A program made the translations under genes and the position numbers. This document shows, one piece after another, positions 49,277 to 58,008 of a stretch of 64,000 bases of DNA (the stretch's first letter is position 1; each line of letters begins with the position of its first letter). The notes under the pieces were generated by a model. The model ran no database searches. It had not been told where the DNA came from and saw only the letters and a list, made by a program, of their open reading frames with translations. Source of the DNA: an uncultured Candidatus Saccharibacteria bacterium (GTDB lineage Bacteria > Patescibacteriota > Minisyncoccia > Phycocordibacterales > UBA9973); contig CAYRQJ010000005.1 in assembly GCA_964426555.1 (NCBI GenBank), positions 5,901 through 69,900 of the forward strand. Direction: 5' to 3'.

Positions 49277-49741
49277 ATGTACTATAACCAAGCTCTAATA
49301 ATAGGAAACCTAACTCGCGACCCAGAACTAAAAGCATTGCCAAGTGGTATCAAAGTAGCAACATTTACAATTGCCACAAACCGTACTTGGAAAAATCCCC
49401 AAGGTCAAAAAGAAACAGCAACTGACTATCATAATGTAGTAGCATTTGGTAACCAAGGCGAAACAATCGCACGGTACATGAAAAAAGGTAACATCATGAT
49501 GATAAACGGACGCATGCAAACTCGTTCTTGGGATGGCCCAGACGGAACAAAGCGTTACCGTACAGAAATAGTTACTGATGGATTCCAATTTGGACCAAAG
49601 ATTAGTAATGGTAGTGAAATGGGAGTAGCTGGACCATCTGCATTCAAAGGCGAAGATACATCTATGGATGGGTCAGCTGATGATTTCGGACCAATCGATT
49701 ACCCGCAAGAAGATAATAACCTGGAAGACATTCCTTTTTAA
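49277..49741 (+). CDS. ssb: Single-stranded DNA-binding protein
   Basis: LIIGNLTRDPEL, GRMQTRSW and C-terminal EDIPF. Confidence 0.98.
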   Translation: MYYNQALIIGNLTRDPELKALPSGIKVATFTIATNRTWKNPQGQKETATDYHNVVAFGNQGETIARYMKKGNIMMINGRMQTRSWDGPDGTKRYRTEIVTDGFQFGPKISNGSEMGVAGPSAFKGEDTSMDGSADDFGPIDYPQEDNNLEDIPF

Positions 49742-49751
49742 TTTATAAATT

Positions 49752-49955
49752 ATGAATAAACAAGATTTTTTTACTCAAAATAATCTAAAGCATGTGGACT
49801 ATAAAGACACAGAACTATTAAAAAAGTTCTTGGCTCCAAATGCAAGATTACTTTCTCGTCGTAAGACAAACCTTACAGCAAAAAACCAACGCAAGATGGA
49901 AGAAGCTGTAAAGCGCGCAAGATTTATGGGATTACTTCCATTTATCGCAAAATAA
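49752..49955 (+). CDS. rpsR: 30S ribosomal protein S18 (Cys-free form)
   Basis: VDYKDTELLKKF and AVKRARFMGLLPF. Confidence 0.97.
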   Translation: MNKQDFFTQNNLKHVDYKDTELLKKFLAPNARLLSRRKTNLTAKNQRKMEEAVKRARFMGLLPFIAK

Positions 49956-49965
49956 TAGTTTTTTA

Positions 49966-50007
49966 AAACACAACAAAAGCCTCAGAAATGGGGCTTTTGT
50001 TGTGTTT
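49966..50007 (+). terminator. Terminator after rpsR
   Basis: aaacacaacaaaagcctc-agaaat-ggggcttttgttgtgttt. Confidence 0.75.
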
Positions 50008-50053
50008 GACTTTCTTTAAAATTTGTTTTATAATATGTAAAATTATTTAAAAT

Positions 50054-50401
50054 ATGAAAAAATTCTTTAAAGGTTTTGTGTATGCCGCGAATGGTATTGC
50101 CGAAGCAATAAAAGTTAGAGGAAATATTCTTGTGCACTTATGTGCTGGAATAATTTCCATTTTTATGGGCTTTTATTTTAATATTAGCCAAATAGAATGG
50201 GTGTTTGTCACCATACTTATTGTTCTAGTTATTGCAGCGGAAATGATAAATACATCTATTGAAAAAGTTGTAGATATGATTTCTCTTAATAAAAATGAAC
50301 AAGCTCGAATTATAAAAGATATCAGTGCTGGGTCAGTATTGGTTATCTCAATTGGAGCATTAATAATTGGGTTAATAATATTTATCCCAAAAATTTTCTA
50401 A
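50054..50401 (+). CDS. dgkA: DgkA-family (diacylglycerol/undecaprenol) kinase
   Basis: AEMINTSIEKVVD and IKDISAGSV. Confidence 0.9.
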   Translation: MKKFFKGFVYAANGIAEAIKVRGNILVHLCAGIISIFMGFYFNISQIEWVFVTILIVLVIAAEMINTSIEKVVDMISLNKNEQARIIKDISAGSVLVISIGALIIGLIIFIPKIF

Positions 50402-50464
50402 AAATTATTTTTTTAAAGAAACCCGGAATGATTTCGGGTTTTTATTTTGTGCTATAGTTAGATT

Positions 50465-51169
50465 ATGGAAAAAAATAATAGCTTAGAAACTATGAAAAAA
50501 TGCGCAGCAATGGGGGATAAAATTTTTGCCCAAGTTTGTGTTCAGCTAAAAAAGCATGCTTTAAAAACAGAAATTGAATTAGCAGATTATATAAAAAATG
50601 AGATATATAAACTGGGGGCAAAAGAATCTTTCCCGGTAATTGTTACATCTGGTCCAAGAGCAGGGAATAATATTCATCCCACTCCGACTACTGCTGTAAT
50701 ACAGGGATTTGTGATTATAGATTTTGGTATAAAGCTGGGCGGGTATTGTAGCGACATGACCCGTACAGCATATGTTGGTAAGCCAATGAAAGATGAGATT
50801 GCAGTATATAATACCGTTTTAAGAGCCCAAATTGGCTCTACAAGCTACCTTAAGTCTGGTTTACCAGTATCTGCACCAGACGCATTTGTACGAGGGATTT
50901 TGGCTGAAAATAGGTATAAAGGCAGGGAACTGGGGCAATATTTTATTCATACATTAGGGCATGGAATATCTAAAAAAGTCCACGAATCTCCAAAGATTTA
51001 TTATAAATCAAAAGAAATTTTTAAAATGGGTAAAGTTGTCACATCCGAACCTGGGATATATATTCCTAAAACCTTGGGCATAAGAATAGAAGACATGTAT
51101 TTGATTACTGACGGAGAACCGCAACAAATTACCAAAAGTAAAAAAGAGTTATTAGTTTTTCATAAATAA
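50465..51169 (+). CDS. M24 family Xaa-Pro aminopeptidase (catalytic domain only)
   Basis: IDFG, YCSDMTRT, HTLGHG, VHE, TSEPGIY and GIRIED. Confidence 0.92.
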   Translation: MEKNNSLETMKKCAAMGDKIFAQVCVQLKKHALKTEIELADYIKNEIYKLGAKESFPVIVTSGPRAGNNIHPTPTTAVIQGFVIIDFGIKLGGYCSDMTRTAYVGKPMKDEIAVYNTVLRAQIGSTSYLKSGLPVSAPDAFVRGILAENRYKGRELGQYFIHTLGHGISKKVHESPKIYYKSKEIFKMGKVVTSEPGIYIPKTLGIRIEDMYLITDGEPQQITKSKKELLVFHK

Positions 51170-51295
51170 AAATCCCAGACGTCCAACGTCTGGGAGTCGA
51201 AAAAGGGAAGTAGTATATACTAAAAAAGCCTTAAAAATAAGGCTTTTTTAGTAATTTTGTTTAAATATCCTTATAAAATAAGGCTAAATGGGGAA

Positions 51296-51874
51296 TTAAG
51301 AAGTTACTCTTTCTGCGTATTCGCCACTGTCAGTATTTATACGTACAGTTTCGCCTTCGGCAATAAACAGTGGAACTTCTACTTGAGTACCGTTTTCCAA
51401 AGTAACACGCTTGTTACTACCACTGGCAGATGCGCCTTTTATAGCTGGTGGGGCTTCTTTAACTACAAAATCCATTTTTACTGGTAGTTTGATACCAATT
51501 ATTTTTTCTTCGTCATCAAAATCAAATATCATTGATTCAACTTCACTGTTTGGTTTTAACCATTTTTTGTTGTCACCAACCAATGTATCTTCCAAAGTGA
51601 ATCTATTTGACGGGTTTTTGATATCACAAAACCAATGTTCAGTCCCCTTTGAATATAAAAATTTTATTGGGCGCTTTGTAATGTCGGCTTCATCCACACT
51701 GTCAGAAGCATGAAAAACTGTGTTTACTCCACGACCACTAACTAACGAACGCATTTTTACTTGGTTCTGAGGTTTTCTTTGTTGAGTGCGGGCTATATGA
51801 TAGTCTAAGACTACATAAGGTTCATTTTCGTAGATTATAACCTTGCCTTTCTTTATTTCGCTGTATTCTAACAT
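51296..51874 (-). CDS. efp: Elongation factor P
   Basis: IKKGKVIIYENEPY, PPAIKG, VPLFIAEGE and INTDSGEY. Confidence 0.93.
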   Translation of the reverse strand: MLEYSEIKKGKVIIYENEPYVVLDYHIARTQQRKPQNQVKMRSLVSGRGVNTVFHASDSVDEADITKRPIKFLYSKGTEHWFCDIKNPSNRFTLEDTLVGDNKKWLKPNSEVESMIFDFDDEEKIIGIKLPVKMDFVVKEAPPAIKGASASGSNKRVTLENGTQVEVPLFIAEGETVRINTDSGEYAERVTS

Positions 51875-52021
51875 GGGTATATCTTAACTTAGTAATTAGT
51901 ATTTTTCAAGCTATATAAAAATAAGCTCTTTTCAAAATGCACACATAATTCTTTGAGAAGAATTTGCTCTGCTCGAAGGATGGACCTTCTGCGCAAGGCA
52001 TTTTTCAAAGACTTATTTTCT

Positions 52022-52060
52022 AAAGTCCTCCTCCTGCCAAGGGGAGGATTTAGGTGGGGT
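52022..52060. repeat. Dispersed REP-like repeat
   Basis: Near-identical to 48625-48663. Confidence 0.85.
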
Positions 52061-52067
52061 GCGCGTT

Positions 52068-52403
52068 TTAATCTACTTTAAACTTTTCGATCATTGGTAG
52101 ATAACCTTTGTGTTTACCAGCAAATGATTTTGTCATATCTTCGCCACATTTAAATATATCACCACCTGTATGTTGTGATTTAAATTCAGTTACATCATAA
52201 TTACCACCTTGAATTGTGATTATACATCTTTCACCTTCTGCTAATTTTTCTTTTTCACCGTCAGTATTTACGGTTGCAGATTGTTCTGTGTCTACAGTGT
52301 AATTGTATTCTTTGTATTGTTTTTTGCCTTTTACAATTCCAAAAGCAATTATCACTACTGCCAAGATTACAATAACTAATGTAATTTTCTTATTTGTTGT
52401 CAT
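52068..52403 (-). CDS. Membrane-anchored cytochrome b5-like heme/steroid-binding protein
   Basis: CIITIQGGNYDVTEF, HTGG (HPGG-like), CGEDMT and a second His. Confidence 0.8.
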   Translation of the reverse strand: MTTNKKITLVIVILAVVIIAFGIVKGKKQYKEYNYTVDTEQSATVNTDGEKEKLAEGERCIITIQGGNYDVTEFKSQHTGGDIFKCGEDMTKSFAGKHKGYLPMIEKFKVD

Positions 52404-52449
52404 ATTACTAAACTTTATTTTTTATAAACTTTTAATCTTATAAATTAAT

Positions 52450-53556
52450 TTATTCTCCTGACTGCGCAGGCAGGTCTTCACTAGCACTAGTCTTCAAAAA
52501 ATTTCCTTGCATTACATCAAATTGACTTTTAATGTCTTCAAAAATTGCTTTTGCTAATTTTGGGTTTTCTTTTAAATATGTACGTGTAGCGTCATATCCA
52601 CGAGCCAGTTTTATTTCTTCTTCGCCAGCTTTTGGTTTTACAGGAGTATAGCTATACGAGGATCCTGATTTCGAGACTACTTTACATTGTTCACCCAGTG
52701 CAATTAATTCACCTTCGTGAGATATGCCTTCACCATAAATAATATCAAATTCAGTTTGTTTAAAAGGAGCTGCAACTTTGTTCTTCACTACTTTTACACG
52801 AGTTCGCGACCCCACAACATCTTCACCTTTTTTGATTTGAGCAATTCTACGAATGTCTAATCTTATGGAAGTATAAAATTTCAAAGCTTTACCGCCTGGA
52901 GTAGTTTCTGGGTTACCAAACATTACACCTATTTGCATACGAATTTGGTTGATAAATATTACCACAGTGTGCGAGCGTGCCACAATTGCTGTTAGTTTGC
53001 GCAAAGCTTGAGACATTAGTCTAGCTTGTTTACCCATATGAGATTGACCCATGTCGCCTTCGATTTCGTCTTTTGGAGTCAATGCTGCTACAGAGTCAAT
53101 AACAATTACGTCAATTTTTCCAGAACGTATCAATGCTTCGGTAATTTCTAAAGCTTGTTCACCATGGTCAGGTTGAGATATCAATAATTCTTTTGTATTT
53201 ACACCCAAATTCTTTGCGTATTCTGGATCCATTGCGTGTTCGGCATCAATATATGCACAAGTACCACCTTTTTTCTGAGATTCAGCAACAATATGTAATG
53301 CCAATGTTGTCTTACCACTAGATTCTGGTCCAAAGATTTCAATAATTCTTCCACACGGGACTCCACCAACACCCAGAGCCATATCTAGTCCTACTGATCC
53401 AGTTGGGATAACTGAAAGATTTACTTTAGGTTTGTCACCCAATTTCATTATTGCACCTTCACCGTATTTAGATTCTATAGACCGCAAGGTTGCTTCTAAT
53501 GCGGATGAACCCAGTTCTTCTTTTGGAGCCTTTTTTGCTTTTTTTGTAACTGCCAT
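52450..53556 (-). CDS. recA: Recombinase RecA
   Basis: [31 protein letters not shown] and GGKALKFY. Confidence 0.99.
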   Translation of the reverse strand: MAVTKKAKKAPKEELGSSALEATLRSIESKYGEGAIMKLGDKPKVNLSVIPTGSVGLDMALGVGGVPCGRIIEIFGPESSGKTTLALHIVAESQKKGGTCAYIDAEHAMDPEYAKNLGVNTKELLISQPDHGEQALEITEALIRSGKIDVIVIDSVAALTPKDEIEGDMGQSHMGKQARLMSQALRKLTAIVARSHTVVIFINQIRMQIGVMFGNPETTPGGKALKFYTSIRLDIRRIAQIKKGEDVVGSRTRVKVVKNKVAAPFKQTEFDIIYGEGISHEGELIALGEQCKVVSKSGSSYSYTPVKPKAGEEEIKLARGYDATRTYLKENPKLAKAIFEDIKSQFDVMQGNFLKTSASEDLPAQSGE

Positions 53557-53579
53557 ACAATTATTTTTATTACTTTTAA

Positions 53580-53993
53580 TTAATTTTTATTTTCATCTAA
53601 ATTTAAATGCGCAAATTCTTTTCCTATTTCATGAATACTCATGCTACCGCTCATTGTTATTTCTTTTGTGTGTGTACGCCCACGAACATCTTCAGCGGTG
53701 ATTGTAATTTTATTCATTCCGGGTATCAAAACTAATTCATCAGCAAAATCTCCATGGGTGTTTATTAGTACAGCTCGTCCATTTATAAACAAAGTTCTTG
53801 CATGGTTTGCATTACCTGTAATTACAAATGAGTCTGGGGTATTGTTGTCACTAATTGTATCAAAGATTTTTATATCAACACCACGCATCACAGGAATAAT
53901 TCTCATCACTCCATATACCAAAACCATTGACCCAAAGCCAACCAGTAGCCATTTCCATAATTTTCCTCCGATAGTGTTGATAGAATTTGTCAT
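53580..53993 (-). CDS. Hypothetical TM plus Ig-like protein
   Basis: TM helix followed by LFING and [14 protein letters not shown] (Ig-like pattern). Confidence 0.7.
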   Translation of the reverse strand: MTNSINTIGGKLWKWLLVGFGSMVLVYGVMRIIPVMRGVDIKIFDTISDNNTPDSFVITGNANHARTLFINGRAVLINTHGDFADELVLIPGMNKITITAEDVRGRTHTKEITMSGSMSIHEIGKEFAHLNLDENKN

Positions 53994-53996
53994 ATA

Positions 53997-56258
53997 CTAT
54001 ATTTCAACTTCGTTATTTATTTCACTGTCGTGTTTGACCAATACTTCTCGTGGTTTTGCACCGTCTGCTGATCCAATTATACCACGGTCTTCTAGCATAT
54101 CCATTAGTCTTGCAGCTCGGGCGTAACCAACTTTCAGTTTTCTTTGTAGATACGAAGTACTAGCGCGTCCAGCATTCATAATCTCTTGTTTTGCTAACTC
54201 ATACATTTCATCGTCATCGCCACTGTCACCATCAAGAGACGCTGAGAATATATCAGTATTACTGCCAGCATTGTTGCTGGTTTGGAAATTTACTTCATTA
54301 GGTAATTCGTCTTTAAATGCATTTACAAGATAAGCCACGACATTTTTAACTTCGTCTTCAGATATAAATGCAGATTGCAGTCTTTCTGGTTGAGGTGAAT
54401 CACTGGATAGATATAGCATATCTCCTCGGCCCAATAATTTTTCAGCACCAGGCTGGTCTATAATAGTACGAGAATCAATTTGTGATGCTACTTGCAATGC
54501 TACACGTGTAGGGATATTGGCTTTGATTAGTCCAGTAATGACTTCCACGCTTGGTCTTTGTGTAGAAACAACAAGATGAATACCCACAGCACGAGACATT
54601 TGGGCCAGTCGCACAATTGCAGATTCCAATTCTCTTGGATATGCTTGCATTAAATCAGCCAGTTCATCAATCACAATTACTATATATGGCATTGGGTCTA
54701 CACCAGACTTTTCTGCATTTTTAGCTACAGTATTGTGATAAGATTCAATATCGCGAACTTTGCAGTCTTCCAGTATATCGTAACGGCGCTCCATTTCTTT
54801 TGCGGCCCATTTTAATGCCATGATGGCTTGTTTTGGTTGAGTAATAACTGGAGACAATAAATGAGGAATACCATTGTACAATGTTAACTCTACGCGTTTT
54901 GGATCTACGAATATTAGACGCAATGCATCTGGTCCATTTCTATATAGTAGTGATGTTATCAATGTATGAATAGTTACAGATTTACCAGACCCTGTAGTAC
55001 CAGCAATCAAAGCATGTGGCATCTTTGCGAGATCTGCTACTACAGATTTACCAGACAAACCTCGTCCCAATGCTACAAGTAATGGCTTCTTACCTTCCGC
55101 ATAATTAGAATCCGAGAAAAGACTAGCCAAACCAACCATAGATTTAACTTTGTTTGGTATTTCGATCCCCACCAAAGATTTACCAGGAATAGGTGCTTCG
55201 ATACGAATTGGGTGCGCCGCCAATGCCAATGCCAAATCTTGTTGTAGTGCAATAATCCGAGTTAGTTTTACACCTTGAGCAGGTTTCAATGCGTAACGGG
55301 TTACTGTTGGTCCAACAGTGATTTCGTCCATTTCTACATCTATACCAAAGTTAGCCAATGTGCGTTTTATAATATTTGAATTAGCCTTAATGTCACCAAC
55401 ATTTGGTTTACCTTTGTCAGTCTCTAGTAATGACAGTGGTGGTGGGGTATACACACTGCGTTTGTGAACTTTGACTTCAAAATCGGCACTTGGAATAGTT
55501 TGCATACCTGTAACTTTGACTTCTTTTTGGGTAGTAGGGGAGATTTTTTTAGGAGATAAAATATTCTTCATTTCATCTTCTAATGATTCTGTTTCTTCCT
55601 CGTCATCTTCATTTTCGTCATCAATAGCATCTTCTTCGTATTCATATTCGTCCTCGTTTTCTTCTTTTTTAGATCGCATAAATGCTGGCAATTGTAGCTT
55701 GAATGTGGGTAGATTAAATCTGTTGGCGTCAATATTGACATGACCAGAATCAGACAGTAATAGTACACAAACTATCAGTACTCCTGCGAGTAATACCGCA
55801 CTGGTAATTGGCCCAATTTGACTACGCAAACTAGTAGCTAATACGTCTCCGGCAGTGCCACCCATGTGTGCAACGGGGCCCAAAATATTTAGCAATGCCA
55901 AGAAAACAAAAACCAAAATCAAGGTCAAAATTGATGGTAAAATTTTGAAACTTATCTTCTTTTGAAACAATAATTTTACACCCAAAATTGTCGTAAATAA
56001 TGGTAGTAATGGGTACAGTAAACCGAACACATTTTCCAACTTTTTATACAGCGAAATTCCAAAATTTCCAGCTTGTCCAAATGGTCCCAAAATCAGTATT
56101 AAAGACACCACAATTAGTAGTAAACCCAACAAAGTTTTTTTAGTTTTTGAGCTCACGGAAACGGGCTTGATTTCGGGGATAGAAAACCGTGGCAGAGATA
56201 AATCTCCGTCTTTAATTCCCAGCAACTTGCCACCTTTTTTTGATTTTGTTTTTGCCAT
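53997..56258 (-). CDS. ftsK: DNA translocase FtsK/SpoIIIE
   Basis: N-terminal TM helices, PHALIAGTTGSGKS, DPKRVEL, IDELADLM, TQRPS, GAEKLLGRGDML and gamma domain LQRKLKVGYARAARL. Confidence 0.97.
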   Translation of the reverse strand: MAKTKSKKGGKLLGIKDGDLSLPRFSIPEIKPVSVSSKTKKTLLGLLLIVVSLILILGPFGQAGNFGISLYKKLENVFGLLYPLLPLFTTILGVKLLFQKKISFKILPSILTLILVFVFLALLNILGPVAHMGGTAGDVLATSLRSQIGPITSAVLLAGVLIVCVLLLSDSGHVNIDANRFNLPTFKLQLPAFMRSKKEENEDEYEYEEDAIDDENEDDEEETESLEDEMKNILSPKKISPTTQKEVKVTGMQTIPSADFEVKVHKRSVYTPPPLSLLETDKGKPNVGDIKANSNIIKRTLANFGIDVEMDEITVGPTVTRYALKPAQGVKLTRIIALQQDLALALAAHPIRIEAPIPGKSLVGIEIPNKVKSMVGLASLFSDSNYAEGKKPLLVALGRGLSGKSVVADLAKMPHALIAGTTGSGKSVTIHTLITSLLYRNGPDALRLIFVDPKRVELTLYNGIPHLLSPVITQPKQAIMALKWAAKEMERRYDILEDCKVRDIESYHNTVAKNAEKSGVDPMPYIVIVIDELADLMQAYPRELESAIVRLAQMSRAVGIHLVVSTQRPSVEVITGLIKANIPTRVALQVASQIDSRTIIDQPGAEKLLGRGDMLYLSSDSPQPERLQSAFISEDEVKNVVAYLVNAFKDELPNEVNFQTSNNAGSNTDIFSASLDGDSGDDDEMYELAKQEIMNAGRASTSYLQRKLKVGYARAARLMDMLEDRGIIGSADGAKPREVLVKHDSEINNEVEI

Positions 56259-56364
56259 CTTTTTTATAAAAAAATATGTATATATTATATGTTTTTTTAC
56301 ACAAAAACAAAAGGGGAAAAGCTCTTATATTTCAGCATAAAATGTGTTCTAAATTTTTAATTTA

Positions 56365-56583
56365 TTACGGACATTTTACAGGTCTTACGGACATAAAATC
56401 TTATTAAAGACATTTGCATCTTTATAAAAGACATGTATAATAACAATATCAATTTCTTACGGACATGGATGTCCATGAGATAAAATTATAAAGGACAATG
56501 AATAAATTATGGCTGAATTAGAAAACACACAAATCGAAAAAAAGTCTTATATTACAACAACTTCCTATCGGACATCTATGTCC
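56365..56583 (+). repeat. Phased direct repeats of TTACGGACAT/TAAAGACAT plus GGACAT-nn-ATGTCC palindromes
   Basis: Copies start at 56365, 56385, 56404, 56425, 56457 and 56489; palindromes at 56461-56474 and 56570-56583. Confidence 0.75.
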
Positions 56584-57315
56584 TTGATAAAGAAATTGCA
56601 ACAAATAACGATGGCTGTATACATGGTAACTGATTGTGTGGAAGATTCTGAACCATTGCGCTACGAAGCCCGCTCAGCCGCATTAAGCGCCATGAAATCA
56701 ATCTCTAAAGTTATGGGTTATCCGCAGACCAGTTCAGTAGAATTTCGTGCTGCAAATGCATCTGTAAAATTGGTAAAAGAACACATTTCAATACTGGAAA
56801 TCATGGGCTATGTTTCATCTATGAATGCCAACATTTTGATCAGCGAAATTGATAAATTTATTGCCCGTTTAGACACATCATTACTCGACATTGATTCACC
56901 TCATGAAGCCAAAATTCCCCTACGATCTGATATGACATTTGGTATAGACTTAGGAGAGCTTTTCTTTAAAAATAATACTGAAAATAACAGCCAAAATAAC
57001 CCTGAAAATGAGACCTATAATGAGGCACAATTTGCAGGAGAAGATATGGTTCAAAAACCCCTTGGCCGCCTGGAAAAAGAGATGGGTAAATTAAAGAGAA
57101 AAAGCCTGATTTTGAAGCTATTCCGCGAGCTACCATCACCCAATGGTTTCAAGGAACTAACCATGAACGAACTGGTGGAAAAATACAGCCGTTATGGTGG
57201 GGAAGGCCAGATCAGTGAAAAGACAATTCAACGCGAATTAGGGGAGCTAACTTTGGACGGAACCTTGGAAAAAATTGGCCAAAAAAGATGGGTCAAATAT
57301 CGTCTAAAAAAATAA
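56509..57315 (+). CDS. Hypothetical protein with helical N-domain and C-terminal winged HTH
   Basis: C-terminal ISEKTIQRELGELTLDGTLEKIGQKRWVKY is a DeoR-like wHTH pattern. Confidence 0.75.
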   Translation: MAELENTQIEKKSYITTTSYRTSMSLIKKLQQITMAVYMVTDCVEDSEPLRYEARSAALSAMKSISKVMGYPQTSSVEFRAANASVKLVKEHISILEIMGYVSSMNANILISEIDKFIARLDTSLLDIDSPHEAKIPLRSDMTFGIDLGELFFKNNTENNSQNNPENETYNEAQFAGEDMVQKPLGRLEKEMGKLKRKSLILKLFRELPSPNGFKELTMNELVEKYSRYGGEGQISEKTIQRELGELTLDGTLEKIGQKRWVKYRLKK

Positions 57316-57335
57316 ATCGGGGGCTATACATTTGC

Positions 57336-57376
57336 TGTGGATAACCTTGCGAAAAATAGCTCTATTATGTTATACT
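57336..57376 (+). promoter_or_regulatory. DnaA box plus sigma70 promoter for the surface-protein leader
   Basis: TGTGGATAA (57336-57344), TTGCGA (57347-57352) and TG-n-TATACT (57368-57376). Confidence 0.6.
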
Positions 57377-57383
57377 AATTTCA

Positions 57384-58008
57384 GTGGACGGATTTTATTC
57401 GTTCACCCATTCGGACCGATCATTGAAAACTGAATATCGACCGTGAACGCATCATATGTGTTTGCATCAACTTCAGTTCGGTTTTCGCACAGTGATGCTC
57501 TGATTATTTTTTATTAAATTTTCTTAGCATGATAGACACTTTGCGGATATCGGTTTCACTGTCGGCATCCGTATCGGCCCTGTCGACAAGGCGGATAGCA
57601 TTGCTAAAAATAGTGTACTATTACGCTGTTACAATGTTTTCTGGGCAAATTATTTGTTAATTCAAATATGGCGCCACCGGAGATTGAAAGATACTTTAAA
57701 AATATTTTTTAATCTTTGCGTTCTCATACACTGCGCTACGTTTTCGTGTATGTTCCGGACAGATTATTTCACGGAAGTTGAAAATTTATTTCTAAATAAA
57801 TTTTTACAAGTTTATAAATTCGGATAGAGGAATTTATTAACAAGAAATATATTTGGTGCATCTTCGCTTATACTTATCTAATTAATTTTAGAAGGTGTCG
57901 AAATAAGCAATAAATTATGCATCGTAGAATACATATATATGTACATGTTTATTTTATAGACAATGGCATGTGTAGGTATCACCTACAAAAAACAAATTGA
58001 ATTTTATT
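57384..58008 (+). ncRNA. Long structured 5' leader / candidate ncRNA
   Basis: About 630 nt with no ORF in the track; 5' hairpin gtggacggat/attcgttcac, several further stems and long-range complementarities. Confidence 0.5.
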
